Assembly (NCBI GenBank): GCA_031398555.1
Contig: JANNNN010000023.1
Location: 1-33,664 of the forward strand
DNA: 33,664 bases
Source: Planctomycetia bacterium
GTDB taxonomy: Bacteria > Planctomycetota > Planctomycetia > Pirellulales > Pirellulaceae
Direction: 5' to 3'
The notes under the pieces were generated by a model that did not search any database, was not told the origin of the DNA, and saw only the letters and a list, made by a program, of their open reading frames with translations. A program made the position numbers and the translations under genes. Positions 9,118 to 19,587 of this stretch are shown piece after piece. The stretch's first letter is position 1, and each line of letters begins with the position of its first letter.

Positions 9118-12100
9118 TCACACCTTTGCGCTTTGAGAGTCGGCGAGCAATTTCTTGAGTTCTGCAGGGTCAACGGGTTTAACCAAATGGTGATTAAAGC
9201 CGGCCTCTCGCGATCTTCGTTTGTCGTCATCTTGGCCCCAGCCTGTAATCGCAATCAGTACGATTCCTTCACCCCATTGACTTGCGCGAATGCGACGGCA
9301 GGCTTCATAGCCATTGAGCTTGGGCATACCAATATCCAGCATAACTACATCGGGCTGAAATGCCGTCCCCACTTCCACCGCCTCCAATCCATCGTTGGCC
9401 GTTCGGACTTCATTTCCCATAATCCTGAGCATCATTGCCAGCGTGGTCGCTGCGTCTTTGTTATCGTCGGCTACCAAGATGCGGCGGCGACTGGAGGCGG
9501 AAGAAACCTTGGCTTTGTCCTCAACATTTCTTTTAGGCGAAGACGCTTTTTCGATTGGCAGACGCACTACAAATTCGCTTCCTTGCCCCTGGCCTTCACT
9601 GTGGGCTGCGACGTTGCCTGCGTGCATTTCGACTAGTCGCTTGACCAGGGACAGGCCGATTCCTAGGCCGCCTTGGGATTTTTCGAGCGATCGATCGACC
9701 TGCGTGAACATGTCAAAGATTTTTGGAACCATATCTTTCGGGATGCCTATCCCGGTATCCTTGACGCTCACGACAACGAAGTCGCCCTGAAGTACGGCGG
9801 TTAGCCATATACGTCCTCCATGTTCGCTATACTTGGCGGCGTTATTCAATAAATTGGAGAACACTTGGGCCAGTCGAGTCACATCGGCATCCAGATAAAC
9901 TTGCTTTGGCGGCACGCTGACAATGAGTTCATGGCCATTAGTCTCGATCAGGGTTTGACTGGTCTCGACTGCACTGTTAAGTACCCATGCAAGTTCAACC
10001 CGTTTTTTTCGCAGTTCCAATTTGCCTCGACTGATACGACTTACATCGAGCAAGTCATCCACCAAATGCACCATTTGTCCCAATTGTCGCTCCATCATGG
10101 TTCGAACTTCTTCGATGGTCGCCCTGTCATTCGACGCACCCATGATTTGCAGTCCATTACGGATTGGAGCGAGCGGATTGCGAAGCTCATGAGCTAGCGT
10201 GGCCAGGAACTCGTCTTTTCGTCGATCAGCGTGGGAAAGTTCGGCGGCCAATCGACGCAGCTCTTCTTCAGCACACTTTCGATCAGTGATGTCGAGGTTT
10301 GTTCCGACGACCCATTCAACTTTCCCTTGATCGTTTAATCGAACGGTTTCAACGGCAGCAACGTGACGGCATTTACCATCGTTGCGTCGGCGGATACGAA
10401 AGGAACGGCTGCTCTTTCCAAGTTCGCGGACTGTATTTTGTAAGATTGCCTCATTCACCGCGAGATCTTCCGGCAGTACAGCATCGCGCCAGTCGTTGTA
10501 GTTGACGAAGCCATCAGAAGTTTGTTCGCAGCCATAAATGCGAAACATTTCCGCATCCCAGCGAATTGAATTGGTAAGAACATTCCATTCCCAAATTCCG
10601 ACCTGTGTCGCTTCTGTCGCCAAACGCATTCGTTGTTCGCTTGCCAGCAAGGCTGCGGTGGCCCGAGCGCGTTCAGTCACTTCGTGAAAATAGCACGCCA
10701 CACCATGTTGTCCATCGGGCAAGATTACACGTTGCGTCTCCCATTCATAAGTTTGCTGGATACCAAGGTCTTGACGTTTCTCAGTAAACGGGGGTGAAAT
10801 GTAGCGTTCTCCAGTTTCCAACGTCTGCAAAAAAACATTCGCAATCTTTCCGCCCACGGCTGGTCCCCACACAATATCAAGGACTTCTCGGAAATTGCGA
10901 CCGAGCAGGGGCCGGACAGACTGAAAGACCGGCATCGCCTCAGCATTTACTTGTTGGAGTAGGAAACGTGAATCGACCACATACGTCCCCATCGGCGCCT
11001 GTTCCATCAACGTTGAAAACAAGGCAGCGTTCTGATGCAAACCTTCCTCGGCCCACTTTCGATCGGTGATATCCGATGTCACTCCAATGTATTGCCGCGC
11101 CGCGCCGTTGTCGTCGCGAGAAAAGACGGCGTCGCGAGACTCGAACCATCGCCATTGGCCGGATCTGTGCAGCATTCGAAACTCAATCGATGCCGTCTCG
11201 TTGGAACCGAGTCTTCGTATGGAGTCGAGATGCTTTTCGAAACGCGGACGATCGGCGGGATGCATCAACATTCGTCCCGCCTCTATCCCGAACTCCTCAA
11301 CCTCCGAAGGCCGATAGCCCAAGACGGCAGCAACCTGTCGATTCATGTAAACGGAACGATTGGATTCCAAATCGACAACTGTCAGAACGCCAGGCATTAC
11401 TTCCGCAATGCGTTCCAGGAAATGCGCCTTGTCCCGTAGCTCGTTCTCGATACGCAGCCTCTCGGTGATGTCTAACACGACTGCGATCAGTCCGACGAAT
11501 TCACCGGATGCTGAACGGATTGCGGTTAAGTTACTTTGAGCGCTGAGCAGCGAGCCATCTTTGCGGCAGTAGGTCTTCTCGAGTTGATAGTCTGGCTCGG
11601 ACGCGGCTAAAAGACGGAGCGCATCAATCGTCGCCTTCACGCTTGAGGCGTGCGTGAACCCTAAAACGTCTTTACCCAGCAACTCTGCTTCGGTGTAGCC
11701 CAGCATGTCGCACCATCGCTGGTTGACGAGTGTCATTCGCCCAGAAGCATCGGTTTGTACAATGCCCGCAGGCGAGCGTCTCAAGATACCGCTTAAGCGT
11801 GCCTCGCTCTCGCGCAATGCGTCCTCCGCCTGTTTCCGCTCAGAGATATCGCGGATGGCAGCGACAGTGCCGATGCAGGTGCCGTCTGGTGCATGAAGCT
11901 TTGTAATCGTGGATTCGACGAGTAGTTTGCGACCATCGTGAGTGCGCTGCAGTACTTCTCCCCGCCACTTTCCGTTTTCGCGCATCGCAGTCTGCGATGC
12001 CGATTCCTCCGCGGGACTTGACCAGTGGGAGGTATATATTATGGTCAGTTTACGGCCCAGAACGTCGCCTGCAAGAACACGGTACTGTTGCTCCGCGGCG

Positions 12101-12366
12101 GCATTCATAAACGTTACGCGTTCATCTAGATCAACGGCAATCACCGCATCGCTGACCTGTGCGAGCATCTCGTCACGAAATCGATTTTCTTGCGCATCGA
12201 GGCCCTGTAGGGTGAACAGTTGAGGGCCAGCATCCGCTTCCACTACGATCGCATCGACCTCGCCAGCGCGAATAGCTCGAAGGAGTTCTTCCGATTCCTC
12301 TAGTCGCGCGCGCAGGTTGGCATTTTCCAAAAGGAGCGATTGGTCCGTAAGCGCTTTCGGTTCCAT
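9118..12366 (-). CDS. Multi-PAS hybrid sensor histidine kinase/response regulator
   Basis: About five PAS/PAC units (DISERK, DITERL, DITDRK linkers), H-box FLATLAHELRNPL, NLLNNAAKY, DTGIGI, GGLGIGL and a C-terminal receiver (VADD, LDIGMP, KP). Confidence 0.96.
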   Translation of the reverse strand: MEPKALTDQSLLLENANLRARLEESEELLRAIRAGEVDAIVVEADAGPQLFTLQGLDAQENRFRDEMLAQVSDAVIAVDLDERVTFMNAAAEQQYRVLAGDVLGRKLTIIYTSHWSSPAEESASQTAMRENGKWRGEVLQRTHDGRKLLVESTITKLHAPDGTCIGTVAAIRDISERKQAEDALRESEARLSGILRRSPAGIVQTDASGRMTLVNQRWCDMLGYTEAELLGKDVLGFTHASSVKATIDALRLLAASEPDYQLEKTYCRKDGSLLSAQSNLTAIRSASGEFVGLIAVVLDITERLRIENELRDKAHFLERIAEVMPGVLTVVDLESNRSVYMNRQVAAVLGYRPSEVEEFGIEAGRMLMHPADRPRFEKHLDSIRRLGSNETASIEFRMLHRSGQWRWFESRDAVFSRDDNGAARQYIGVTSDITDRKWAEEGLHQNAALFSTLMEQAPMGTYVVDSRFLLQQVNAEAMPVFQSVRPLLGRNFREVLDIVWGPAVGGKIANVFLQTLETGERYISPPFTEKRQDLGIQQTYEWETQRVILPDGQHGVACYFHEVTERARATAALLASEQRMRLATEATQVGIWEWNVLTNSIRWDAEMFRIYGCEQTSDGFVNYNDWRDAVLPEDLAVNEAILQNTVRELGKSSRSFRIRRRNDGKCRHVAAVETVRLNDQGKVEWVVGTNLDITDRKCAEEELRRLAAELSHADRRKDEFLATLAHELRNPLAPIRNGLQIMGASNDRATIEEVRTMMERQLGQMVHLVDDLLDVSRISRGKLELRKKRVELAWVLNSAVETSQTLIETNGHELIVSVPPKQVYLDADVTRLAQVFSNLLNNAAKYSEHGGRIWLTAVLQGDFVVVSVKDTGIGIPKDMVPKIFDMFTQVDRSLEKSQGGLGIGLSLVKRLVEMHAGNVAAHSEGQGQGSEFVVRLPIEKASSPKRNVEDKAKVSSASSRRRILVADDNKDAATTLAMMLRIMGNEVRTANDGLEAVEVGTAFQPDVVMLDIGMPKLNGYEACRRIRASQWGEGIVLIAITGWGQDDDKRRSREAGFNHHLVKPVDPAELKKLLADSQSAKV

Positions 12367-12376
12367 GATGACTTAG

Positions 12377-12793
12377 CTATTTGCTCCCCTCGGCGGTAGC
12401 CTGCACGGGGAGTTTCGCATGGGAAGTTTGGCTCGGTAAAGTTTGGCTCGGTGCGGATGTTCGCAAATCAAGCCCTCGCACGATGCGCTCGATGTGTGAC
12501 ATGTCGCCTACAAAGCGCCGCGCAGGAAGCGGCAGTTTTTTAATTAAGGTTGGGGCCGCGCTGATCTGATCCCGCGTTGCAATTGATGGCTGCAATGAAA
12601 TATCAACGACATCGAGGTCGTAGCGCCCCTGCAAATACTCATCGCAGATTTTTCGGACGTTTGCGATCGCTGTCAACGATCGCGGGGCCGTGCTAGTAAC
12701 GTACAAACAAAGTACATACCGGGCGTTGTCTTGTAGTGCGGCGACCGCGTCGTAAGCAGCTAAGCTGTCCGCGACCTTATTGCTTTCGATCAA
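12377..12793 (-). CDS. kaiB: KaiB-family protein
   Basis: YVLCLYV...PRSLTAIANVRKICDEYLQGRYDLDVVDI...AAPTLIKKLPLPARRFVGDMS. TTG start with a GAGG RBS upstream. Confidence 0.92.
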   Translation of the reverse strand: MIESNKVADSLAAYDAVAALQDNARYVLCLYVTSTAPRSLTAIANVRKICDEYLQGRYDLDVVDISLQPSIATRDQISAAPTLIKKLPLPARRFVGDMSHIERIVRGLDLRTSAPSQTLPSQTSHAKLPVQATAEGSK

Positions 12794-13512
12794 AGTCTCA
12801 CCTCTTCGTTGGTTTCACGTCGAGGCCAACTAATACGCGGAGAACCAGTTATAAGCACACTACTACCATGAAAAACACCGTATCCGCCGAGCATTTCATC
12901 AAGTTTCGCGATTCCCGTGGGCGCCCGCTTGGTAGACGCTTTATGGTTAAGTTGAAGTGAGGTTATCGGCAACACCGATAATCCTTTCTCGCGAATGATG
13001 AACGGATATTCATTCGTGCCGTGGGCCGAGCCACGATATTTCATCACTCGGAGTCGACGGGTGGAAACTTGTTCATGCATTCGCTGGTCGAGTACGATTA
13101 CACAATCGGCTACGTACTCTTCTAACCCATATCGACTGAGAGAGTTTTCGCCTCGCTCGCCGGTTATTATGGCGGTCATACCACGATCTTTCAGCCATCT
13201 GAAAAGACGTCGCAACTCAGATCGTAGTATGGAATGATTCGGCAGACCTGAGAAAAGCGCCTCGAGCGTGTCGAGCACCACGCGTTTTGCACCGCTCGAA
13301 TCAATGGCGTAACTAAGAGGAATGAAGAGCCCTTCGAGATCGTATTCACCCGTCTCCTCAATCTCGCTCCGCTCAACGTGAACATGATCGAGTATAAGCC
13401 TCTTTTCGGCAACTAGTTGATCGAGATTAAATCCGAGCGAGCGCACATTGTCGGGCAGCTCTTTTGCATCCTCCTCGAACCATTGTGTGCATGCGTCGAA
13501 AAATAAGTTCAT
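12790..13512 (-). pseudogene. kaiC: KaiC-family ATPase, truncated at both ends
   Basis: CI-domain motifs FEE, VVLDTLE, EEYVADCV and MKYRGSAHGTNEYPF, plus the CII start PTGIAKLDEMLGG..GSSVLITGSP. The CI Walker A and almost all of CII are missing. Confidence 0.88.
12798..12839 (-). pseudogene. C-terminal remnant of a second kaiB gene
   Basis: An alternate minus-strand frame reads RVLVGLDVKPTKR-stop, matching the KaiB C-terminal motif (compare ERIVRGLDL in the intact copy). Confidence 0.75.
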
Positions 13513-14276
13513 TTATCCCAATATTATTTATAACAAAACGCAATTCAATTTGACATTCAGAAAACATCGCTAACTTACACCCGAAAGCAGTATTGGTTTG
13601 ACTCCATTCCTGACCACAATCGCGTCACCGTAATTGCCCCGGGGGCAGCGAGATCAGCCACACTTCGCAAGGAAACGACGCTACGCGATGAATAAACTCA
13701 GTCTGTGATTTATGCCTTAACTGCTTTGCTGGTCATTCGCTAGTAAGACGTCGATTTAATCGATTGGTGGCGACAGCAATCCGGTCCACCTAGTCTACTT
13801 GCCCAAGAGCAGTGCCCGGCATTGCAAAGCGTATGGCAAGCGATACTGCGCAGCGTCCTTTCTTCGCACTCCGACCCCCTGCAAATACCGAGCCACCTAC
13901 GCGCTGTAGTGACCAATCAGGAAATTGTCAGGGGATCGTCAATTTTCACGCGCAACCTGACAAGCCGATCGATTGAACTCTTGCAGAGGGAGGGCATGCT
14001 CTCAATCCATAGCCGTCGGAAAATACGGCGAGTAGGCATCCGGTGTGTATTGAAATCCTCCAGCGCGTTCTATTAGCGATCACTCGGTCTGTTGCATGCT
14101 TGAATAAGGTTCTTGAGAGCAGGATTCTTCGCTTTAGCCAATCGCCTGATAGCCGACCCTTTCCATCACGGATAAACTTGATTGAACTTGGCGCCAGCGT
14201 TACGATGGCTTGCTTCAGTTTCGCTCATTTTTGGTGACGTAGCTAACATGTTTGTTGGGAACAATGCGGTGAAGAA

Positions 14277-16607
14277 TTGACCGAACACAAATGGAGTGCG
14301 ACTGAAAAGACTCTCAGCGAGCGATTTGCTGTCGCCGCAGTAGTGGCGCTTTTAGTTACCAGTGGGGTAGTTGCCTCTATACAGACTCAGCGACTCCGTT
14401 CCCATTCGGATAGAGTGGAAAATTCCCATAGGTGGCTGAGTAAACTGGACGAATTGGAGTCAATGGTCAAGTCAGCTGAATCTGAACAGCGCGGCTACCT
14501 CATTGACGGTGACGAATCTAATTTTGATCCTTTTGACAATTCTGTCAAAGCAGTTGGCAGTTTACTCGCCGACCTTGGTTTGCTCACGCACGATGACCCT
14601 GAAAAAAGCGAAAAACTAACGGAGTTGGCCCGCTTGATCAATGAAAAGATGATGGAACTTCGAGGCGACATGCAGATCCGCCGCACTCAGGGATTGGAAG
14701 TCGTGCAGGAGTTGGTTAAAGGGGAGCAGGGCAAGCGCAGGATGGCTGCCGTCCGTCAGACGGTCGACGAATTGCGAAAAATGGAAAACATGCGGATGGC
14801 GGATCATGAGTTCACTGCTGCCACCAGTTATTGGACTGCACTGCTCACCGGACTAATCTCAACTGTTTGTGGACTAATCCTGGTCATAACCGTTCTCTAC
14901 CTCGTTCAACACCATCGCCGAAGAGCCGAACGAGGGGCGCAGGCAATTCGCGAAGAACACGATCGACTGCGTGCCAGCCTCGATCGCAACACACTGCTTG
15001 AAATTGAAAATCGACGCATGGACCAGTACATGCGAACGATAATCGAACAAGTTCACGACTATGCCATATTCGGCATGGATGCAAATTGCTGTGCGACAAC
15101 CTGGAATGAGGGAGTGCGACATGTCTTAGGTTTCGACGAATCTGAATTTATTGGACAAGACATTCGGAAGTTGATATTCACACCCGAGGCCCTCGAACAT
15201 GGGATTCCAGAAGTCGAGTTCGAGACGGCGGCGAAGGAAGGCAGTGCAAGCGATGACCGGTGGATGATGCGCAAGTCAGGATTGCGATTCTGGGCGTCAG
15301 GAATAACTAGTGCCGTAAGAAGTGATGACGGCGAATTGGTTGGATTTAGCAAAGTCATGCGGGACTTGACTGAGCAAAAGCGTGATGAGGATGAATTGGC
15401 GGAACTTGCATCTCGGCTGTCAGAAGCCAATCGTCGAAAGAATGAATTTCTTGCAACACTCGCTCACGAACTCCGCAATCCACTTGCACCGATCAAAACT
15501 GCGATTGACCTCATGGGTATGTCCACGTTGAGCGACGATAACGAAGAGTTGCGTTTGATTGTAGCTCGGCAAGTTGACCAAGTAACTAATTTAATCGATG
15601 ACTTGTTAGATGTATCACGAATTGAACGTGGCAAGATTTCGCTACAACGAAAAGTTGTCGACCTGCGCACAGTCGTTGAATCGGCTGTAGAAGCATCGCG
15701 GGCTACGATCTCGGAGAAATCTCAGACCTTAGAAATTAACCTGTGTGACGAAGATGTTCGAGTTGATGTGGACCCTACCCGGCTAACACAAGTATTCTCC
15801 AACTTGCTTAACAACTCCTCGCGCTACAGCGATAATGACTGCCATATTTCGCTTGCCGTTTCGGTCGATCACAGCGATGGGGAAATGGGTTGCGCCGTCG
15901 TGAAAATTACCGACAACGGGATAGGCATTCCGTCGGATCGCTTGGACGAGATTTTCCAGATGTTCTCCCAAATTCATGATTCACTTGGACGAGGAAATGC
16001 CGGACTTGGCATCGGCTTGACGTTGGTAAAAACGCTGGTCGAATTGCATGGCGGCAAAGTCACGGCACATAGTGATGGGGTGGGGCACGGCAGTCAGTTC
16101 GTTGTGCAACTTCCCCTGTCGGCCAGTGGTGCCGCAAATGCCATTTCGCCACCTCTGGATACCAATTTTGAAACTCTGCTTTTTGCAAAACCTTTTAAGG
16201 TCCTCGTGGTCGAAGACATGCGGGCCCTACGCATGATCATGTCCCGCTTACTGGAGCGCCTTGGTAACCAAGTAAAAGTTGCGGAAGATGGACTGCAAGC
16301 TCTCGAAGTACTGACAGAGTTTGCACCGGATATAATTTTTTCGGATATCGCGATGCCAGGCATGACGGGTTACGATCTAGCGAGGAAGTTGCGAGCGATG
16401 CCAGAGTTCAGCAAAACTTATCTAATTGCCATGTCAGGCTATGGGCAACTTTCGGATCGAAGGGAATCTCGCAAATCGGGTTTTGATGAACACATGGTAA
16501 AGCCGGTTGATTTCAACAAGCTACTCGAACTGTTTAAGAGACTTTCGACTCAGTTGGAGTTGCGCGAAACGGGAGAGCGAGGCGCTGAGGTCACTTCGTT
16601 GGACTAA
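14277..16607 (+). CDS. Membrane hybrid histidine kinase (CHASE3-PAS-HisKA-HATPase-REC)
   Basis: Two TM helices flanking the CHASE3 motif AESEQRGYLI, PAS DYAIF...RFWA, FLATLAHELRNPL, G-boxes and receiver SDIAMP. Confidence 0.94.
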   Translation: MTEHKWSATEKTLSERFAVAAVVALLVTSGVVASIQTQRLRSHSDRVENSHRWLSKLDELESMVKSAESEQRGYLIDGDESNFDPFDNSVKAVGSLLADLGLLTHDDPEKSEKLTELARLINEKMMELRGDMQIRRTQGLEVVQELVKGEQGKRRMAAVRQTVDELRKMENMRMADHEFTAATSYWTALLTGLISTVCGLILVITVLYLVQHHRRRAERGAQAIREEHDRLRASLDRNTLLEIENRRMDQYMRTIIEQVHDYAIFGMDANCCATTWNEGVRHVLGFDESEFIGQDIRKLIFTPEALEHGIPEVEFETAAKEGSASDDRWMMRKSGLRFWASGITSAVRSDDGELVGFSKVMRDLTEQKRDEDELAELASRLSEANRRKNEFLATLAHELRNPLAPIKTAIDLMGMSTLSDDNEELRLIVARQVDQVTNLIDDLLDVSRIERGKISLQRKVVDLRTVVESAVEASRATISEKSQTLEINLCDEDVRVDVDPTRLTQVFSNLLNNSSRYSDNDCHISLAVSVDHSDGEMGCAVVKITDNGIGIPSDRLDEIFQMFSQIHDSLGRGNAGLGIGLTLVKTLVELHGGKVTAHSDGVGHGSQFVVQLPLSASGAANAISPPLDTNFETLLFAKPFKVLVVEDMRALRMIMSRLLERLGNQVKVAEDGLQALEVLTEFAPDIIFSDIAMPGMTGYDLARKLRAMPEFSKTYLIAMSGYGQLSDRRESRKSGFDEHMVKPVDFNKLLELFKRLSTQLELRETGERGAEVTSLD

Positions 16608-16631
16608 GGAAGCTGAAGTTTTGTTTGTCCG

Positions 16632-18227
16632 CTAGCTTTGGCCGACGGAAATTGTTCTGTCCATCGAGATTCCGAACGTGGCTATACGATCGCGGACTTT
16701 GCCGCGTGTGATGCCCAGGATTTCAGCCGTTTTCGACTGGTTGCCACCGGTCTCTGCGAGAACTCTTGCAAATAGTCGACGCTCAACTTGTTCTAACACC
16801 TCTTCGTAAAGCTGAGTTGAACCTAACTTCAGTCGTTCCGCAATAAAGCTCTCGAGCGCAAAGCCCTCACCTACATGGCTTTCTGCCGAGCCATTATGAA
16901 CGGGAGCACTAACAGCTCCGTCCTGCGGTGAGTCGGAAAGCGGTGGACGGCTAGTTGAGTGAACTAAGCCACCGGCAAGTTCGTTCAAAGCGTCATTGTA
17001 AACACTCGGGGTGGATAGACCCCCGCTGGGTGCAGCCCGCGGGTTAGTACCATCATAATTTCTTACAAATTCTGGGAGATTCTTTGGACCGATGACCGTC
17101 CCTGTCGTATGCAGTAAAGATTGACGGACTACTGACTGGAGTTGCCGCACGTTGCCTGGCCAATCGTAGTTTATAAGCAACTGCAGCGCGTCGGGGGCTA
17201 TACCTGTCAGTTCCGGACGTTTCATATCCGATTTTGCGCGAAGTAAAAAATACTGAAGAAGTGGCGGCACGTCTTCGCGCCGATCTCGAAGCGGCGGCAA
17301 ATTAATGGTGATCCCGTTCAAGCGATAGAGCAAGTCTTCGCGGAAGAGGTTCTTACGCACCATCTCTTCAAGTGGACGGTTCGTTGCTGCGATGATTCGC
17401 ACATCCGTGGTAATGAGTTCGTTCCCGCCCACTCGCTCAAATTTTTGTTCTTGCAGCAAGCGAAGTACTTTGCCTTGAGTGACGGAAGACATATCGCCAA
17501 CTTCGTCAAGGAAAATAGTTCCGCCGTCGCACTGCTCAAAGCGTCCAATCCGACGCTTTTCTGCACCCGTAAATGAACCCTTATCGTGTCCAAATAATTC
17601 GCTCTCCAAGAGTTGATCTGGAATCGCGGCGCAGTTAACGGCCACGAACGGCTTGTCGCGCCGATCGCTGTGGTTCATCAGAGCCCGGGCCACCAGTTCT
17701 TTTCCCGAACCGCTTTCCCCGCGAATTAGAACGGTGATATTTTGTGCGGAAACACGACCAATCGACTTAAACACATCGAGCATCGCTTTGGCCTTGCCAA
17801 CGAATCGCTCACCAACTTCCGGCACATCACCGACGGGCAACGCAACCGGTTGGTCCATCAAGCGCCGAGCCTCAGCGGCACTTGCCGTCAGGTTGTAAAG
17901 CTGTTCGATATTAAGCGGTTTCGAGAGATAGTCAAACGCTCCCGCACGCATTGCCTCAATCGCAGTTTCACTGGTAGTATCGCCCGTGATAAAAATGACG
18001 GGCAGCTTCGTATCGAGCGCCTTTATTTTGCGGAACAATTCCAAGCCGTTGTATTCGGGCAGAAAGATGTCCAACAGGGCTACGTCAGGCTTTTCCTCAC
18101 GGACCATATTCAAACCAGACGTACCGTCTACAGCCGTGAGCACTTGAAAATCAGGATTAGTCGACAGGCCTGCCTTGATCAAATGCCTGATACTCCGATC
18201 GTCGTCAATGACAAGAATCTTCGTCAC
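16632..18227 (-). CDS. NtrC-family sigma54-dependent response regulator (bEBP)
   Basis: Receiver (VIDDD, LDIFLP), [21 protein letters not shown] loop variant, [23 protein letters not shown] and a Fis-type [17 protein letters not shown]. Confidence 0.96.
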   Translation of the reverse strand: MTKILVIDDDRSIRHLIKAGLSTNPDFQVLTAVDGTSGLNMVREEKPDVALLDIFLPEYNGLELFRKIKALDTKLPVIFITGDTTSETAIEAMRAGAFDYLSKPLNIEQLYNLTASAAEARRLMDQPVALPVGDVPEVGERFVGKAKAMLDVFKSIGRVSAQNITVLIRGESGSGKELVARALMNHSDRRDKPFVAVNCAAIPDQLLESELFGHDKGSFTGAEKRRIGRFEQCDGGTIFLDEVGDMSSVTQGKVLRLLQEQKFERVGGNELITTDVRIIAATNRPLEEMVRKNLFREDLLYRLNGITINLPPLRDRREDVPPLLQYFLLRAKSDMKRPELTGIAPDALQLLINYDWPGNVRQLQSVVRQSLLHTTGTVIGPKNLPEFVRNYDGTNPRAAPSGGLSTPSVYNDALNELAGGLVHSTSRPPLSDSPQDGAVSAPVHNGSAESHVGEGFALESFIAERLKLGSTQLYEEVLEQVERRLFARVLAETGGNQSKTAEILGITRGKVRDRIATFGISMDRTISVGQS

Positions 18228-18276
18228 GTTAAGACCTTACTATGATAGCCGCAAAAATGCCAAGTTTCCTTGCTGG

Positions 18277-18295
18277 TTGGCACAACGCGTGCCAA
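18277..18295. promoter_or_regulatory. Palindromic sigma54-like -24/-12 site readable on both strands
   Basis: TTGGCAC-AACGC-GTGCCAA gives TGGCAC-N5-GTGC with GG-N10-GC spacing in both orientations; lies between the divergent bEBP and Hpt genes. Confidence 0.6.
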
Positions 18296-18627
18296 GATGA
18301 CAGTTTCAACTCCAACTTGTGTCGAAAAAGCTCGTTTTTCCATTGATGCAATTGGAAACAGTTAAAATGAGTCGCACTTGGCTGGACGGTTCCAAGCCAC
18401 CCGATCATGCTATTCGTGGTAGAAACACTCAATTCGATTGATAATCGATCACGCCGTCAGTTTATTGTACACCAAAGGCGTTATGGCGAAGGCGGGATGC
18501 TGTAATTACGGCTGATGGCATAAGGAATGCTTTGGTGGTCCTGACGCAAACCTTAGCTTGGCCTGCGATTGGGCTGAGCGAGTGTGGTGCGGTTTCAATA
18601 ACATTTTGCCTGGCGGAATGATAAGAG

Positions 18628-18981
18628 ATGAGTACACAGCATCTTATCGACGAAAAAGCAGCCCTGGATGCATTGAACGGCGACCGGCAATTGTTAAGCG
18701 AACTCGCAGTAATGTTCGTCGAAGACGTGCCTACCATTCTTCAAGAACTTGAGGCCGCCACAGATCGGCAGGACTTGGCAACCGCGAGCCGAACGATCCA
18801 CAGTTTAAGAGGCCTTAGTTCGACCTTTTACGCAACTGACATAGTCGCTCTCGCAAGTCGCCTCGAGCACGACGTCAAATGTGAGAATTTAGACTCACTT
18901 CGCAACGGCGGAATCGATTCGCTGAAGCGCTCTGTCGATTTCCTCGTGCGAGAACTTCGGGAGTCGGGTTACGTCGAGTAA
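18628..18981 (+). CDS. Hpt (histidine phosphotransfer) domain protein
   Basis: GDRQLLSELAVMFVED and IHSLRG (HxLKG-type motif) in a 117 aa helical protein. Confidence 0.9.
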   Translation: MSTQHLIDEKAALDALNGDRQLLSELAVMFVEDVPTILQELEAATDRQDLATASRTIHSLRGLSSTFYATDIVALASRLEHDVKCENLDSLRNGGIDSLKRSVDFLVRELRESGYVE

Positions 18982-19157
18982 CGTGCAATCAATACTTGAC
19001 AGTGTCGGCATAGGCAACTCGCCTCTCTCCTATCTGGAAGCATTTCCGCGACTGTTTAGAGCGTCTACGTAAGTGCTACTCGTCCAGACCGTTTGCACTC
19101 AAATAGCAGACTTGCTCCGCCTCCCTACGCAGCGATACAGCCCTGCGAGTTTATAGG

Positions 19158-19221
19158 GAGTGCGAGGCTATGCCGAGCTTTACGAAAACAGCTCGATAGG
19201 AGCCTCGCACTCGCTTTTTTT
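19158..19221 (+). terminator. Long GC-rich hairpin with U-tract; possible terminator or REP-like palindrome
   Basis: GAGTGCGAGGCT (19158-19169) pairs with AGCCTCGCACTC (19201-19212), inner stem CGAGCT/AGCTCG, followed by GCTTTTTTT. Lies between convergent genes. Confidence 0.55.
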
Positions 19222-19296
19222 CCTTATTGATTTGTCTAATTTGTTAAATAAAACGGAAGATACCCCGCGACGCCGCAGGGCTTCGAATTCGCGGAC

Positions 19297-19470
19297 CTAT
19301 ACAACCGGTCTGCCTCGCATGGTGTGACCGATTAGGCTCACCACAAAAATGACGAGGAAAATAAAGAACAGAATCTTGGCGATGCCAGCCATGCCCGAAG
19401 CCAATCCACCGAACCCCAGTACAGCTGCAATCAAAGCCAACACAAAAAATGTCAACGCCCAGCTTAGCAT
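19297..19470 (-). CDS. DUF1328 (UPF0391, YtjA-like) small membrane protein
   Basis: [46 protein letters not shown]; AAGGGA RBS before the ATG at 19470. Confidence 0.93.
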   Translation of the reverse strand: MLSWALTFFVLALIAAVLGFGGLASGMAGIAKILFFIFLVIFVVSLIGHTMRGRPVV

Positions 19471-19550
19471 GATAGTCCCTTTTCTAATTTTGTAACGACT
19501 GTTTCTGCAACGAGTTGCACTAAGCAACTTGCTTTCGAAAACCCATTACC

Positions 19551-19565
19551 GCAAAGGACATGCCA
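19551..19565 (-). promoter_or_regulatory. sigma54 -24/-12 promoter for the DUF1328 gene
   Basis: Minus strand TGGCAT-GTCCT-TTGC, 80 bp upstream of the start codon. Confidence 0.78.
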
Positions 19566-19587
19566 GAGAAATTTAAAACCCGAAAAT

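Noticed and set aside
13834-14203. sigma54-like TGGCAAGCGATACTGC and TGGCGCCAGCGTTAC upstream of the CHASE3 kinase
   Set aside because: The first has 11 bp spacing; the second has AC instead of GC.
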